Shown one piece after another: positions 47,726-57,872 of a DNA stretch of 64,000 nt (the stretch's first letter is position 1; every line of letters begins with the position of its first letter). The position numbers and the translations under genes are program-made. The stretch lies in NCBI GenBank assembly GCA_965218295.1, contig CBDCKN010000015.1, positions 192,001 to 256,000 on the forward strand, written 5' to 3'. A model generated the notes under the pieces. It was not told the DNA's origin. It worked only from the letters and a program-made list of their open reading frames with translations, and made no database searches. Source of the DNA: Longimicrobiales bacterium (GTDB lineage Bacteria > Gemmatimonadota > Gemmatimonadetes > Longimicrobiales > Gaopeijiaceae).

Positions 47726-48850
47726 TCAGTCGAGCAGCCTCAGAGGCATGACCAGGCAGAGGTAGTCTACCGGGTCTTCCCCATCCGGCATTACGGGCTC
47801 GATGGTCGCCGCTCGCTCGGGAGCCTTCAACGTGATCTTTACGTCGTCGGTCTCCATGTGACGCAGCACTTCGAGGAGATACGCGGCGTTGAACCCGATC
47901 TCTAGGCCTTCTCCTTCGTAGCTGAGCTCGAGCTCGTCCTCTCCCTCTCCGAGATCGGGAGTGAGGACATTCAGGTGGACCCGATCCGCCTCGAACATCA
48001 TCCGGATACGATGGGTCTGATCGCTCGCGACCACCGCCATTCGACGCACCGCGGACGCCAGCGTATTCTTGTCGACGATGGCGAACTTGTCGTTGTCCTT
48101 CGGGATGACCTGTTCGTAGTTCGGATAATTTCCCTCGATCAGGCGCGTGTAGACCTCCGTGCCTCCGGCCCTGAATCCTAGGTGATTTCCGCCCCGGGCT
48201 ACCTCCAGATCGTCCTCCTGCTCGAACAGGCGCTGGACCTGCTGCAACGCGGCTGGTGGTACGATGAAGTCGGCGCTGGAGGCGCCGGAGGCGCTGGAGG
48301 AGGAGGCCGGGATCCCCATGCGGGCCAGCCTGTGACCGTTCGTGGCCACCATGCGCATGTGCCCCTCGCGAAGCTCCCAGAGGACACCGTTCAGAATGGG
48401 GCGGCTCTCTTCGGTAGATACCGCAAAGGACGTGTGCTTGATGAGCCCATGAAGGTCCCCACCCTTAACCCTCCACCCTTCTTTGAAGTCCACCTCGGGG
48501 AGCGTGGGAAACTCGTCGCTGGGCAGCCCGTTCAACTTGAAGTGGCTTGGTCCACACTTGAGTTCAATCTGATCACCCCTCATCGTCACCTCGACCGGCT
48601 GATCGGGGAGCTCGCGGGCGATCTCCTGTAGCTTCTTTCCAGGAGCCGTCAGGCTGCCCTGCTCCCTGACGTCGGCGAGCACCCATACGCGCACCGCAAC
48701 ATCGAGGTCCGTGCCGCTCATCCAGATCCCGTCTTGTCCGGCCTCCAGCAAGATGTTGGAAAGCACTGGGAGAGTCGTCTTCGTAGGAATGCTCGCCGAG
48801 ACGGCGGCGAGGCCCTTGTGAAGGTTCTGCCGAGTGATTGTGCAGTTCAT
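47726..48850 (-). CDS. dnaN: DNA polymerase III beta clamp
   Basis: LPVLSNIL, RPILNGV, VATNGHRLA, LIEGNYPNY, IGFNAAYL, LVMPLR. Confidence 0.98.
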   Translation of the reverse strand: MNCTITRQNLHKGLAAVSASIPTKTTLPVLSNILLEAGQDGIWMSGTDLDVAVRVWVLADVREQGSLTAPGKKLQEIARELPDQPVEVTMRGDQIELKCGPSHFKLNGLPSDEFPTLPEVDFKEGWRVKGGDLHGLIKHTSFAVSTEESRPILNGVLWELREGHMRMVATNGHRLARMGIPASSSSASGASSADFIVPPAALQQVQRLFEQEDDLEVARGGNHLGFRAGGTEVYTRLIEGNYPNYEQVIPKDNDKFAIVDKNTLASAVRRMAVVASDQTHRIRMMFEADRVHLNVLTPDLGEGEDELELSYEGEGLEIGFNAAYLLEVLRHMETDDVKITLKAPERAATIEPVMPDGEDPVDYLCLVMPLRLLD

Positions 48851-49099
48851 CGAGCCTCCACGGCGTCTGTCGAGCCCGGGTTTTTCAACAGTGGCTATTT
48901 ATTAAAGACTACAGTATAAGAAAAAACTAGTAGTAGTAGAGAGTGTGGAAGTGTGGAGGACCCGGATTTCGCCCTGCTCCTCCAGGAGCCTCCACCGTGC
49001 CACACCATTATGGAAAGCGTGAACAATTCCTCCGGCCTCTTCCTCCCGTAGAAAACTCGGAGTAACCGAGCCGTCTTCCACACGTCTTATCCACGCCCA
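48851..49099. promoter_or_regulatory. Putative oriC (DnaA boxes, DnaA-trios, AT-rich unwinding element)
   Basis: Box-like TTTTCAACA (48882), TGTGGAAGT/TGTGGAGGA (48944-48960), TCTTCCACA (49074), TTATCCACG (49087); (TAG)4 at 48928-48939; AT tract 48896-48926. Confidence 0.85.
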
Positions 49100-50473
49100 T
49101 CAGACCGGTTTCATCAACTCGTCCCGTACGGCTTCGATGCTTCTTCGGAACGAGGAATCGCCCGCCATCGTCTCCTCGACCTTACGAATCGAGTGGATTA
49201 CGGTCGAATGATCCCGGCCTCCGAACAGCTTTCCGATCTGCACCAAGGAGTCGTCGAGGAGATCTCTGATCAGGTACATGGCGACCTGGCGGGGGACCGT
49301 CAAGTCTTTCGTCCGGCGCTTCGAGCTCAGGGCCTCGTCGTGTACGTGCCAGTGCTTGGCTACCACCTCTCGGATGCGCTCCGAGGTCACCGACCCCCCT
49401 GCCGAGCCGGGCTCGTATCCGAAGGTTCCCTGAAGCGCGGTTCGCGCCAACTCGACCGTGATTTCCTGATGGGTGAGGGACGAATAAGCCAGGAGCTTGA
49501 TCACCGCGCCTTCGAGCTCCCGGACCGAGGAAGTGCAAAAGCGGGCGATGAAATCGATGACGTCGTGGTCGAGCGTGAGGTCGTCGTCGGCAGCCTTCTT
49601 CCGGAGGATGGCGATGCGCGTCTCGTAGTCGGGCTGCTTGATGTCGGCCACCAGCCCCCACTCGAAGCGGGAGATGAGCCGCTCCTCGAGCCCCGGGAGC
49701 TCCTTCGGTGGCCGGTCACTGGTGAGAACGATCTGCTTGTGTGCGTCGTAGAGAGCGTTGAACGTGTGGAAGAACTCCTCCTGGGTTCGCTCCTTTCCCT
49801 GCAGAAACTGGACGTCGTCCACGAGCAACAGGTCCATCTGACGGTACCGCCGTCGAAACTCGGCGGTGGTCCCCTGCTGGATGGCAGTCACGAGGTCGTT
49901 GGTGAACTGCTCCGTCGGAAGGTAGGCGATCCGGCTCGAGGGCATCGTCTCGTGAATGGCGTTTCCGATGGCGTGCATGAGGTGGGTCTTACCGAGGCCC
50001 ACGCCGCCGTAGAGGAAGAGCGGGTTGTACATCCGTGCCGGCTTCTCGGCCACGGCGTTGCAGGCCGCTGTTGCCAGTTGGGCGTTGTCACCCACCACGA
50101 ACCGGTCGAATGTGTACCGCTCGTTCAGGGACGGCCGGGGGGTGGAGGCTTCGGCCGCCGGTGCAGACTGAGCCACGTCGGGGGCGGCCACCTCGACGGT
50201 CGGGACCGAGAGCGGCTCGGCTGGGTCTCCACACTGGAGCTTGAGCCGGAGTGGACGCCCCAGGATCTGCTCGATCATGTCCCCCAGCAGGGGCCCGTAC
50301 TTGTCCTCCACCCACTCCACGTGGAACTGGCTCGGTGCCTCCACCAGGAGCTCCGAGTCGGTGAGTCCCACCGCCGCCGTGCCAGCCAGCCACGTACGAT
50401 AGGCCTGCTCCTGAAGGCTGCCTCGGGCTGCCTCGAGGACCCTTGACCACAGGTCTTCGGCCGTGAACTCCAT
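49100..50473 (-). CDS. dnaA: Chromosomal replication initiator DnaA
   Basis: YTFDRFVVG, YNPLFLYGGVGLGKTHL, TQEEFFHTFN, PRQVAMY, GRDHSTV. Confidence 0.99.
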   Translation of the reverse strand: MEFTAEDLWSRVLEAARGSLQEQAYRTWLAGTAAVGLTDSELLVEAPSQFHVEWVEDKYGPLLGDMIEQILGRPLRLKLQCGDPAEPLSVPTVEVAAPDVAQSAPAAEASTPRPSLNERYTFDRFVVGDNAQLATAACNAVAEKPARMYNPLFLYGGVGLGKTHLMHAIGNAIHETMPSSRIAYLPTEQFTNDLVTAIQQGTTAEFRRRYRQMDLLLVDDVQFLQGKERTQEEFFHTFNALYDAHKQIVLTSDRPPKELPGLEERLISRFEWGLVADIKQPDYETRIAILRKKAADDDLTLDHDVIDFIARFCTSSVRELEGAVIKLLAYSSLTHQEITVELARTALQGTFGYEPGSAGGSVTSERIREVVAKHWHVHDEALSSKRRTKDLTVPRQVAMYLIRDLLDDSLVQIGKLFGGRDHSTVIHSIRKVEETMAGDSSFRRSIEAVRDELMKPV

Positions 50474-50531
50474 GCGCTCCTTTGGAATGTCTGGACAGTC
50501 GCGAAATCTAGCGGAGAGTCGGCGGTCTAAC

Positions 50532-50560
50532 ACGCTAGAATTCTGATGTGGAAAAGTCAA
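50532..50560 (-). promoter_or_regulatory. Putative dnaA sigma70 promoter overlapped by a DnaA box
   Basis: Minus strand TTGACT-N17-TAGCGT, with TTTTCCACA at 50547-50555. Confidence 0.65.
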
Positions 50561-50704
50561 TTTCGGCGGCTCGGGTCAAGGCGTTTCGGCGCCGTTAGCC
50601 GGGTCGGGCTTGACCTTGGTTGACGCTCTCGGATATCTTTCCATGCTTATTTTTTGGCGGCTACGCGGCGCGGGTCCGGGACGACGAAAGAAGGCTCCAA
50701 GGCT

Positions 50705-50854
50705 ATGAAGCCCACATATAGGCCTCACAATCGGAAGCGCGTGAACAAACACGGCTTTCGTGAGCGGATGAAGACTCGCGGGGGGCGGAGGACCCTAGCG
50801 CGGCGACGGGCGCGGGGACGTGCTCGCCTGGTGGTGAAGATCGGCTCGAAGTAA
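50705..50854 (+). CDS. rpmH: 50S ribosomal protein L34
   Basis: KPTYRP.NRKR..KHGFR.RM.T.GGR..LARRR..GR. Confidence 0.97.
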   Translation: MKPTYRPHNRKRVNKHGFRERMKTRGGRRTLARRRARGRARLVVKIGSK

Positions 50855-50858
50855 TCGC

Positions 50859-51263
50859 ATGAACGCGGCCCGCTCGGCGGCCGGGCCGGGTCCGAGCAGG
50901 ACCGGTGAGGTCCGTTTTCCACGTTCGGTACGAATCAGCCAGACTCGAGACATTCGATCGCTCCTCCGGCGGGGCACGCGGAAGAAGACGCCCAGTTTGG
51001 ACGTCTTCTTTTTGTCTTCACCCGCTTCGCGAAGCCGGTGGGGAGTCGTCGTTCCCAAACACAGGCACTCGATCGTCCAGCGGAACCGCGTGAAGCGACG
51101 ACTGCGGGAGATCGGGCGAACCCAAGTGCTTCCGCGGCTCAGGGAGGAAGGGCTGGCGTTGGACGTGCTGGTAAGGGCCCGGAGAGAAGCATACGCTGCC
51201 GGTTTCCGTACACTCAGAGCAGAGCTTCAGGCGGTGACGGAGGACTTGTGCTCGGGCGAATGA
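50859..51263 (+). CDS. rnpA: Ribonuclease P protein component
   Basis: GVVVPK...VQRNRVKRRLRE (RNR motif); conserved position after rpmH. Confidence 0.93.
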   Translation: MNAARSAAGPGPSRTGEVRFPRSVRISQTRDIRSLLRRGTRKKTPSLDVFFLSSPASRSRWGVVVPKHRHSIVQRNRVKRRLREIGRTQVLPRLREEGLALDVLVRARREAYAAGFRTLRAELQAVTEDLCSGE

Positions 51264-51505
51264 TCCTCAGAGTGATCCGGTTCTATCAGCAGGGGATCTC
51301 GCCGTATACCCGTTCCTCTTGCCGGTTCTCACCCACATGCTCGGAGTACGCGGCGGTGGCCGTGGAGCGCTACGGCGCCTCCCGTGGGAGCTGGCTCGCG
51401 CTCAAGCGCATTCTGCGCTGCCGGCCGTTCGGAGGGTGGGGCCACGACCCGGCGCCGGAAGAGCTCGAGGTCGCCCACGTGAATCGACGTGGAAGTGAAG
51501 GATAG
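51248..51505 (+). CDS. yidD: Membrane protein insertion efficiency factor YidD (start 51248 or 51260)
   Basis: YQQGISP...CRFSPTCSEY...RILRCRPF..G.DP. Confidence 0.95.
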   Translation: MLGRMILRVIRFYQQGISPYTRSSCRFSPTCSEYAAVAVERYGASRGSWLALKRILRCRPFGGWGHDPAPEELEVAHVNRRGSEG

Positions 51506-53266
51506 ATGAATCAGGAAGCCCGGTTCCTCCTGGCGATCACGCTGATGATCCTCGTCTTGGTGACGACGAACATCCTCTTTCCGCCCATCCGGCCCGAGGA
51601 GCTGGCTCCGTCTGCTGCGGACTCGGTGACCTCCGTCCAGGGCCCCGGCGAGACCGTCGGAGCGCCTGGGCTCGCAGCGCCCGGCGAGGTGCCTGCCGAG
51701 ACCGTACCGGCCATCGTAGGGGACCTGCGGCAGCCGCCGGCGACGGAAGGGGTGGTGAGGGAAGCGGGGCCCGAGCCGGGGGAGCAGCCCAGCCGGGTCC
51801 CGCTCGAGACCATCGTCGTGGAGGGTCCCCTCTACCGGTTCGCATTCAGCAATTACGGCGCTCGACTGACCTCCGCCCAGCTGCTCCAGTTTCAGTCGTT
51901 CGCCCGCGACGGTCCGGTGGAGTTCTTCCCCGAGGGCGGCCTCGGTGCTCTGGGCGCCGAGGTCCGGACCGACCGAGGTAGCCTCGACCTCCACAATCTC
52001 TCCTTCGAGGTCGTTCCCCGAGAGGGGATACGCTTGATGGAGGGCGACGGGCCCCAGGCCCTGACCTTCACCTACAGGCATCCCTCGGGCGCACTCACAT
52101 TCGAGACGACCTACACCTTCGATCCGTTGTCCTACGAAGTCGGGGTAAGGACCGGCCTCACCGGCGTGGATCGGGCCCTTCTAGTGACGGACATGGGAAC
52201 GGGCCTGGCGTACAACGAAGCGCGGCAGGCTGAGGAGTCGAGGGTGATGGGCTATGTGACGAACCACCTCCGGGAGGGCATTCAAGCCGAGCCCATGCGG
52301 AAGGTGGATGAGGATCGGGTCGTCGAGGGACCGCTCATCTGGTCCGCCCTCAAGAGCAAGTATTTCCTGTTCGCGATCCTGCCCGGTGTGGGAGGCGACG
52401 AGCAGTACCTCGGTGGCCTCATCGCCGGTCCGGCGCCCGGAGATGACCAGGCCGAGGTGGCCGTGACCCAGTCCCTCGGGAGCGACGGAACGGTGAGCTA
52501 TCGGCTCTTCCTGGGGCCTCAGGGGCGGGATCTGCTCACGGCCTACGGCAACGAGCTGGAGGAAGCGAACCCCTACGGGTATCGCTGGATGCGGGTCGTG
52601 GTCCGCCCCGTCGTCGCGATCGTGATGACGATCCTGAACTTCCTGCACCGCAACCTGAACGTCGGCTACGGCTGGGTGCTCATCATCTTCGGTGTGATGA
52701 TGCGAGTCCTGCTCTTCCCACTGAACCAGAAGGCCATGCGGGCGCAGATGCGGAACATGGCCGTCCAGCCGCTTCTCCAGGAGATCCAGAAGAAGTACAA
52801 GGACCAACCCGAGAAGCTCCAGAATGAGATGATGAAGCTGTACAAGGACCACGGCTTCAACCCGCTCGCCGGGTGCCTTCCCATGCTGCTCCCTTGGCCG
52901 GTACTCATCACGCTCTTCTTCGTCTTCCAAAACACGATTCAGCTTAGGGGTGAGAGCTTCCTCTGGCTCCCCAACCTCGCGGCGGCCGATCCGATCTACG
53001 TTCTGCCGGTGCTCCTGGGCGTATCCATGTTCCTCATGCAGTGGATCTCGATGCGGTCGATGCCGGAGCCGAATCCCCAGATGAAGATGATGCTGTGGAT
53101 GATGCCCATCATGATGACCTTCATCTTCATGAACTTCGCGTCGGGGCTGAACCTCTATTACGTGACGGCGAACCTGGCCACGCTGCCCCAGCAGTACTGG
53201 ATCGCCAAGGAGCGTCAGAAGCTCAGGGCTCAGGGACCCTTGAAGCCCGCCACCAGCGGTGACTGA
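51506..53266 (+). CDS. yidC: Membrane protein insertase YidC
   Basis: GWVLII...RVLLFPL, NPLAGCLP, FLWLPNL..DP, SGLNLY. Confidence 0.97.
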   Translation: MNQEARFLLAITLMILVLVTTNILFPPIRPEELAPSAADSVTSVQGPGETVGAPGLAAPGEVPAETVPAIVGDLRQPPATEGVVREAGPEPGEQPSRVPLETIVVEGPLYRFAFSNYGARLTSAQLLQFQSFARDGPVEFFPEGGLGALGAEVRTDRGSLDLHNLSFEVVPREGIRLMEGDGPQALTFTYRHPSGALTFETTYTFDPLSYEVGVRTGLTGVDRALLVTDMGTGLAYNEARQAEESRVMGYVTNHLREGIQAEPMRKVDEDRVVEGPLIWSALKSKYFLFAILPGVGGDEQYLGGLIAGPAPGDDQAEVAVTQSLGSDGTVSYRLFLGPQGRDLLTAYGNELEEANPYGYRWMRVVVRPVVAIVMTILNFLHRNLNVGYGWVLIIFGVMMRVLLFPLNQKAMRAQMRNMAVQPLLQEIQKKYKDQPEKLQNEMMKLYKDHGFNPLAGCLPMLLPWPVLITLFFVFQNTIQLRGESFLWLPNLAAADPIYVLPVLLGVSMFLMQWISMRSMPEPNPQMKMMLWMMPIMMTFIFMNFASGLNLYYVTANLATLPQQYWIAKERQKLRAQGPLKPATSGD

Positions 53267-54689
53267 GGAGGTCTCCGGTCGGCCGAGCGGGCCGATGGTG
53301 GATACCATCGCAGCGGTGGCGACGGCCCAGGGCCTGGGCGCCGTTGCCATGGTTCGACTCTCCGGCAGCCGGGCCTTCGAGATTCTCCGGGCCCTCACGC
53401 CCTATCACCCCGACGACGTCCCAAGCCGCTCGCCCCGTCTCGTACCGGTCAGCGATCCGAAGACGGGTGAGCTCCTGGATCGCGCTCTGGTCACCACCTT
53501 CCCCGGGCCCGACAGCTACACCGGCGAGGACGTGGTGGAGATCTCGAGTCATGGGGGATGGCTGGTGCCCGCTCTGGTGCTGGAGGCGTGCCAGGCGGCC
53601 GGCGCCCGTCTCGCCGAGCCCGGGGAGTTCACGCGGAGAGCGGTCCTGCATGGGAAGATGGACCTGGTGCAGGCCGAGGCGGTGCTGGACCTGGTGGAGG
53701 GGCGCAGCCGGGCGCTGCACGACAGCGCCCTGTTCCAGCTGGAGAGGGGGCTCAGCCGGCGGATCGGCGCGCTCCGGGAGCGACTCGTCACCGTGGAAGT
53801 GCTCCTGGTGCATCACATCGACTTCCCCGAGGAAGACGAAGCGCCGGTTCCGGTGGAGCGCGTCCTGGAAGAGGGGAGGGCCCTGCTCGATGCCCTGGAC
53901 GAGCTCCTTAGGACGGCCCCCGAGGGGGAGCTTCTCCGTGAGGGGGCCCTCACGGTTCTGGCGGGACTTCCCAACTCGGGCAAGTCGAGCCTCTTCAACG
54001 CGCTCCTTGGCCAGGACCGGGCCATCGTCACCGAGATCCCCGGAACGACCCGTGACGCGCTGGAGGCCGTGGTGTCGCTGGGCGGCTTTCCCTTCAGGCT
54101 CGTCGATACGGCCGGCATTCACGACACAGAAGAGACCGTGGAGCGCCTGGGCATCGAGGTGGCGCAGCGATACCTGGACAGCGCGGACCTCGTGCTCTTC
54201 TGCGTGGAGAGCGGCAGGGAGCCGCTGGAGGACGAGCGACGGTTCCTGGAGGAGCTCGGGGAGGTGCCGGTGGTCATCCTTCGCACGAAGGTGGATCTGC
54301 ACCGGAAGGAGCCTTCGAGCGAGGGGTCCGAGGGAGAGAGGTCCGATGGCGACAGGGGACCGGAGGCTCGTGAGGCCCTCGAGATCTCCGTGGTGGACGG
54401 CACGGGAATCGGGCGTCTACAGGAACTTCTGCCCTCCTTCGTGTACCGTGGCTTCGTTCGTACTGGCGTGTCTGTGCCGGCGCTGACCCGGGCCCGGCAC
54501 AGCGAGGGGGTGCGCACGGCCCGGGATCACGTGGCGGAGTTCATCGTGGCGCTGGAGGGGGAGGTGCCGGCGGAGATGGCTTCTACGCACCTGCGACCGG
54601 CCGAGACGGCACTGGAGGAGTTGCTGGGAGTGATATCCACCGACGAGGTTCTAGACCGGGTCTTTCGCGACTTCTGTATCGGCAAGTGA
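53259..54689 (+). CDS. mnmE: tRNA modification GTPase MnmE
   Basis: DTIAAVAT, SYTGEDVVE, GEFTRRA, GTTRD, DTAG, FCIGK. Confidence 0.98.
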   Translation: MTEEVSGRPSGPMVDTIAAVATAQGLGAVAMVRLSGSRAFEILRALTPYHPDDVPSRSPRLVPVSDPKTGELLDRALVTTFPGPDSYTGEDVVEISSHGGWLVPALVLEACQAAGARLAEPGEFTRRAVLHGKMDLVQAEAVLDLVEGRSRALHDSALFQLERGLSRRIGALRERLVTVEVLLVHHIDFPEEDEAPVPVERVLEEGRALLDALDELLRTAPEGELLREGALTVLAGLPNSGKSSLFNALLGQDRAIVTEIPGTTRDALEAVVSLGGFPFRLVDTAGIHDTEETVERLGIEVAQRYLDSADLVLFCVESGREPLEDERRFLEELGEVPVVILRTKVDLHRKEPSSEGSEGERSDGDRGPEAREALEISVVDGTGIGRLQELLPSFVYRGFVRTGVSVPALTRARHSEGVRTARDHVAEFIVALEGEVPAEMASTHLRPAETALEELLGVISTDEVLDRVFRDFCIGK

Positions 54690-54991
54690 TGACGGGCGAG
54701 CACACAGCGCTTCAGGTGGGATTCCGGGTCCAGGGCCGGGTCCAGGGCGTCGGTTTCCGGTGGTGGGCCCGCCGGACGGCGGCCAGCCTCGGGCTTCGGG
54801 GCGTGATCCTGAATCATATGGACGGGAGCGTAGAGGTGCACGCCGGCGGTGACGAGGAGTCCGTGGTGCTTTTCGCGGCCCACCTGGCCGAGGGACCGCC
54901 GGGGGCGAGGGTGGACGGCGTGGAGCGTTTCCCGTCGGAGCGGTCCCTCCCGAGCGAGTTCGAGATCCTCTCCGAGTTCGGGAGCATCTGA
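54686..54991 (+). CDS. acyP: Acylphosphatase
   Basis: GRVQGVGFR, N..DGSVE, GPPGARV. Confidence 0.93.
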   Translation: MMTGEHTALQVGFRVQGRVQGVGFRWWARRTAASLGLRGVILNHMDGSVEVHAGGDEESVVLFAAHLAEGPPGARVDGVERFPSERSLPSEFEILSEFGSI

Positions 54992-56889
54992 TGCTCGACG
55001 AGCGCTACGACGTCATCGTCGTCGGCGGAGGCCACGCGGGCTCCGAGGCGGCGGCGGCGGCGGCCCGGGTCGGTGCGCGGACCCTCCTGATCACACCCGA
55101 CCTGTCCAGGGTCGGGCAGATGAGCTGCAATCCCGCCATCGGTGGGATCGCGAAGGGAGTGGTGGCGCGCGAGGTGGACACCCTCGGAGGCATCATGGGG
55201 CGCGCGACCGACGCTTCCCGCATTCAGTTCCGCATGCTCAATCGCTCCAAGGGGCCTGCCGTCTGGAGTCCCCGGGCCCAGTGCGACCGTGGCCTGTACC
55301 CCCGCGCGGTTCGACAGGCGCTGGATGAGCTCCCCAACCTGGCCCTCTTCCAGGAGATGGTGACCGGGCTGGTGATGGAGGGGGGCAGAGCCGTGGGCGT
55401 CCGGACGCGTGGGAGCTTGGAGTTCCGCGGGGAGACCGTCGTGGTGACGGCCGGGACCTTCCTGCGGGGGAGGATCCACATCGGAGGCGAGGCCGGGGTG
55501 GGGGCGGGTCGTGCCGGGGAGGCTCCGTCGGTGGCGTTGGCCGAGGAGCTTGAGGCCCGTGGCCTCGAGATTGCCCGCTTCAAGACCGGGACGCCGCCCC
55601 GCATCGACGGCCGGACCGTGGACTATTCGCGGATCGAGAGGCAGGACGGCGATCCGGGGGACTTCCGTTTCTCCGCATACACCGAGGAGTGCATCCCCGA
55701 GCAGCGCCCTTGCTGGATCACGTGGACGGGAGAGGACCTTCGCCGAGTGGTAGAGGACAACCTCCAGTGTAGCGCGCTCTTCGGGGGTGAGATCTCGGGA
55801 CGGGGGCCCCGGTATTGTCCCTCTATCGAGGACAAGATCGTGCGCTTCCCGGACGCGCCTCGCCACCAGGTGTTCCTGGAGCCCGAGGGACTGGAGACGA
55901 CGGAGCTGTACGTGAACGGGCTGTCCACATCTCTGCCTCCACAGGTGCAGATCGACTTTCTCCGGACCGTCCCCGGGCTCGAACGCGCCCAGGTCACCAA
56001 GGTCGGGTACGCCATCGAGTACGACTACTTCCCGCCGCACCAGCTCAGGCACACGCTGGAGGTGAGGGCGATCCCCGGGCTCTACTTCGCCGGACAGATC
56101 AACGGAACCACCGGCTACGAGGAGGCGGCCGGTCAGGGGCTGATCGCCGGAGCCAACGCCGGCCTGAGCGCTCTCGGTAGGAGCCCGTTCATCCTGGAGA
56201 GGGACCAGGCGTACATCGGGGTCCTCATCGACGACCTGATCACGAAGGGTGTCGATGAGCCCTACCGGCTGTTCACGTCCAGGGCCGAGTTCAGGCTCAT
56301 GCTCCGTCAGGACAACGCGCCGCGGCGGCTAGGTCCGGTGGCTCGTGAGGCGGGGCTCCTGACCGGGGATCAGCAGGACGCCATGAGCGATCGGGTTGAA
56401 CGGGAGACGCGCATCCGGAGGTGGTTCGTCGAGACGGTATTGAAGCCGTCGGCGGTGAATCCGCTTCTGGCCGAGTGTGGCACGCCTCCGATTCAGCAGT
56501 CGGTGCGAGCCGCGGAGCTGCTCAAGCGCCCCCAGGTTCCGGCGAGGGAGCTGGCCGTGGTCGGGGGCGCACCCTTCGATCCGGATGCCGAGGGTGACAC
56601 CGTGGCCGCCGTCGAGGTGGAGCTCAAGTACGAGGGATACGTCCGACGGGAGGCGGAGAGGGCCGAGAAGCTGAGGGAGCAGGCCACATTCGAGCTCCCG
56701 GACGATACTCCGTATGCGGCCTTCCTGAACGTGTCGTACGAGGCGAGGGAGAAGCTGGCGCGGATCCGCCCGGCCTCACTGGCCCAGGCGGCCCGCATCC
56801 CCGGCGTCTCACCGGCAGACCTCCAGAACCTCATCCTCGAGGTTCGACGCTGGAGGCGCGGGCAGATGGCGGAGGTGGCGGGGGAGTGA
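54991..56889 (+). CDS. mnmG: tRNA uridine-5-carboxymethylaminomethyl synthesis enzyme MnmG (GidA)
   Basis: GGGHAG.EAA, MSCNPAIGG, GPRYCPSIEDK, AGQINGTTGYEEAA. Confidence 0.99.
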   Translation: MLDERYDVIVVGGGHAGSEAAAAAARVGARTLLITPDLSRVGQMSCNPAIGGIAKGVVAREVDTLGGIMGRATDASRIQFRMLNRSKGPAVWSPRAQCDRGLYPRAVRQALDELPNLALFQEMVTGLVMEGGRAVGVRTRGSLEFRGETVVVTAGTFLRGRIHIGGEAGVGAGRAGEAPSVALAEELEARGLEIARFKTGTPPRIDGRTVDYSRIERQDGDPGDFRFSAYTEECIPEQRPCWITWTGEDLRRVVEDNLQCSALFGGEISGRGPRYCPSIEDKIVRFPDAPRHQVFLEPEGLETTELYVNGLSTSLPPQVQIDFLRTVPGLERAQVTKVGYAIEYDYFPPHQLRHTLEVRAIPGLYFAGQINGTTGYEEAAGQGLIAGANAGLSALGRSPFILERDQAYIGVLIDDLITKGVDEPYRLFTSRAEFRLMLRQDNAPRRLGPVAREAGLLTGDQQDAMSDRVERETRIRRWFVETVLKPSAVNPLLAECGTPPIQQSVRAAELLKRPQVPARELAVVGGAPFDPDAEGDTVAAVEVELKYEGYVRREAERAEKLREQATFELPDDTPYAAFLNVSYEAREKLARIRPASLAQAARIPGVSPADLQNLILEVRRWRRGQMAEVAGE

Positions 56890-56950
56890 GGGGGCGGCTC
56901 GCCCGAGGCCCTCGCTGTCGTAACTGACTCGCGGAAACGGCGGGGCGCCC

Positions 56951-57364
56951 TCACCCAAGGCCGGAATCAGGCTCCGATTCAGCCCAATGGCTGAGTGTGT
57001 CTTTGACAGCGATGACTAACTCGTTGAAGTCAGCGGGCTTGATCAAATAACGAGGCACACCCAGCGCGTAGGCCTGTTGAGCATGCTTTGGATCTTCAGA
57101 ACCGGTGAGCATGATCACCGGAACGCTCGCAAGTTGCTTCTCGCCGGCGAGCCATTCCAGGAGCTCGAGACCACTGATGTCGGGGAGCCAGTGGTCAAGC
57201 ACGATCAACGCCGGTAGATCTTCCTCGCGTAGATACATTCGGGCGGCTTCGCCCGTGACCGCCGTATCCACGTGAACATGAGACAACTTCGCTAGGACCA
57301 GCTTTATCAGATTCTGGTGGTCGATATTGTCCTCAACGACGAGGATCGTGGTTTTCCGGTTCAT
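56951..57364 (-). CDS. Stand-alone response regulator receiver (CheY-like)
   Basis: ILVVEDN, LIVLDHWLPDISG, PVIMLTG, YLIKP. Confidence 0.88.
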   Translation of the reverse strand: MNRKTTILVVEDNIDHQNLIKLVLAKLSHVHVDTAVTGEAARMYLREEDLPALIVLDHWLPDISGLELLEWLAGEKQLASVPVIMLTGSEDPKHAQQAYALGVPRYLIKPADFNELVIAVKDTLSHWAESEPDSGLG

Positions 57365-57824
57365 AGCATCGTCTTTCTCGTCGACGTGATGATCCCGTCG
57401 GCTCCAGGTGACCGATCCGAGCAACTGCCCAGGTTGCTCCCCAGAAAGCGACCTCGACCTCGCGGCCGACGTCGCGTCCAACGCGTAGGCGCTCTTGTGA
57501 TTGGAGAATGAGGAACCAGGATCGACCTTCCCGCTCGGCGAGAAAGATGCCTGCCCACTTATTGGCCCTTGTTTGGCCGCTGCTGAGGCGACCGGCGAGC
57601 GACTCCCTCCGTGAGATCTGTTCCAGCTCTTTGGGCAAGCTCAGAAGCTTCGACTTCCCGTCGGTCCCAAGCGTGAGATACGGGTGGAATTCCGCTGGAC
57701 GCTCAAGGGCGCACCACACGAGGGCACAGTACTGCGCTTCGGACGCTTCCATAAGGCGTGCCAACTTAGGGGCCAGCCGGCCCCGAATCGGATCGTGCCT
57801 GTATCGGGTGAGTTCAGATGTCAT
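57333..57824 (-). CDS. Hypothetical protein
   Basis: 163-aa ORF, lower GC, upstream of the receiver gene. Confidence 0.45.
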   Translation of the reverse strand: MTSELTRYRHDPIRGRLAPKLARLMEASEAQYCALVWCALERPAEFHPYLTLGTDGKSKLLSLPKELEQISRRESLAGRLSSGQTRANKWAGIFLAEREGRSWFLILQSQERLRVGRDVGREVEVAFWGATWAVARIGHLEPTGSSRRRERRCYEPENHDPRR

Positions 57825-57872
57825 GGGACGATTCTAGCTGTTTATTAGTGTCGTCGGCGAGGGGGCAAACAG

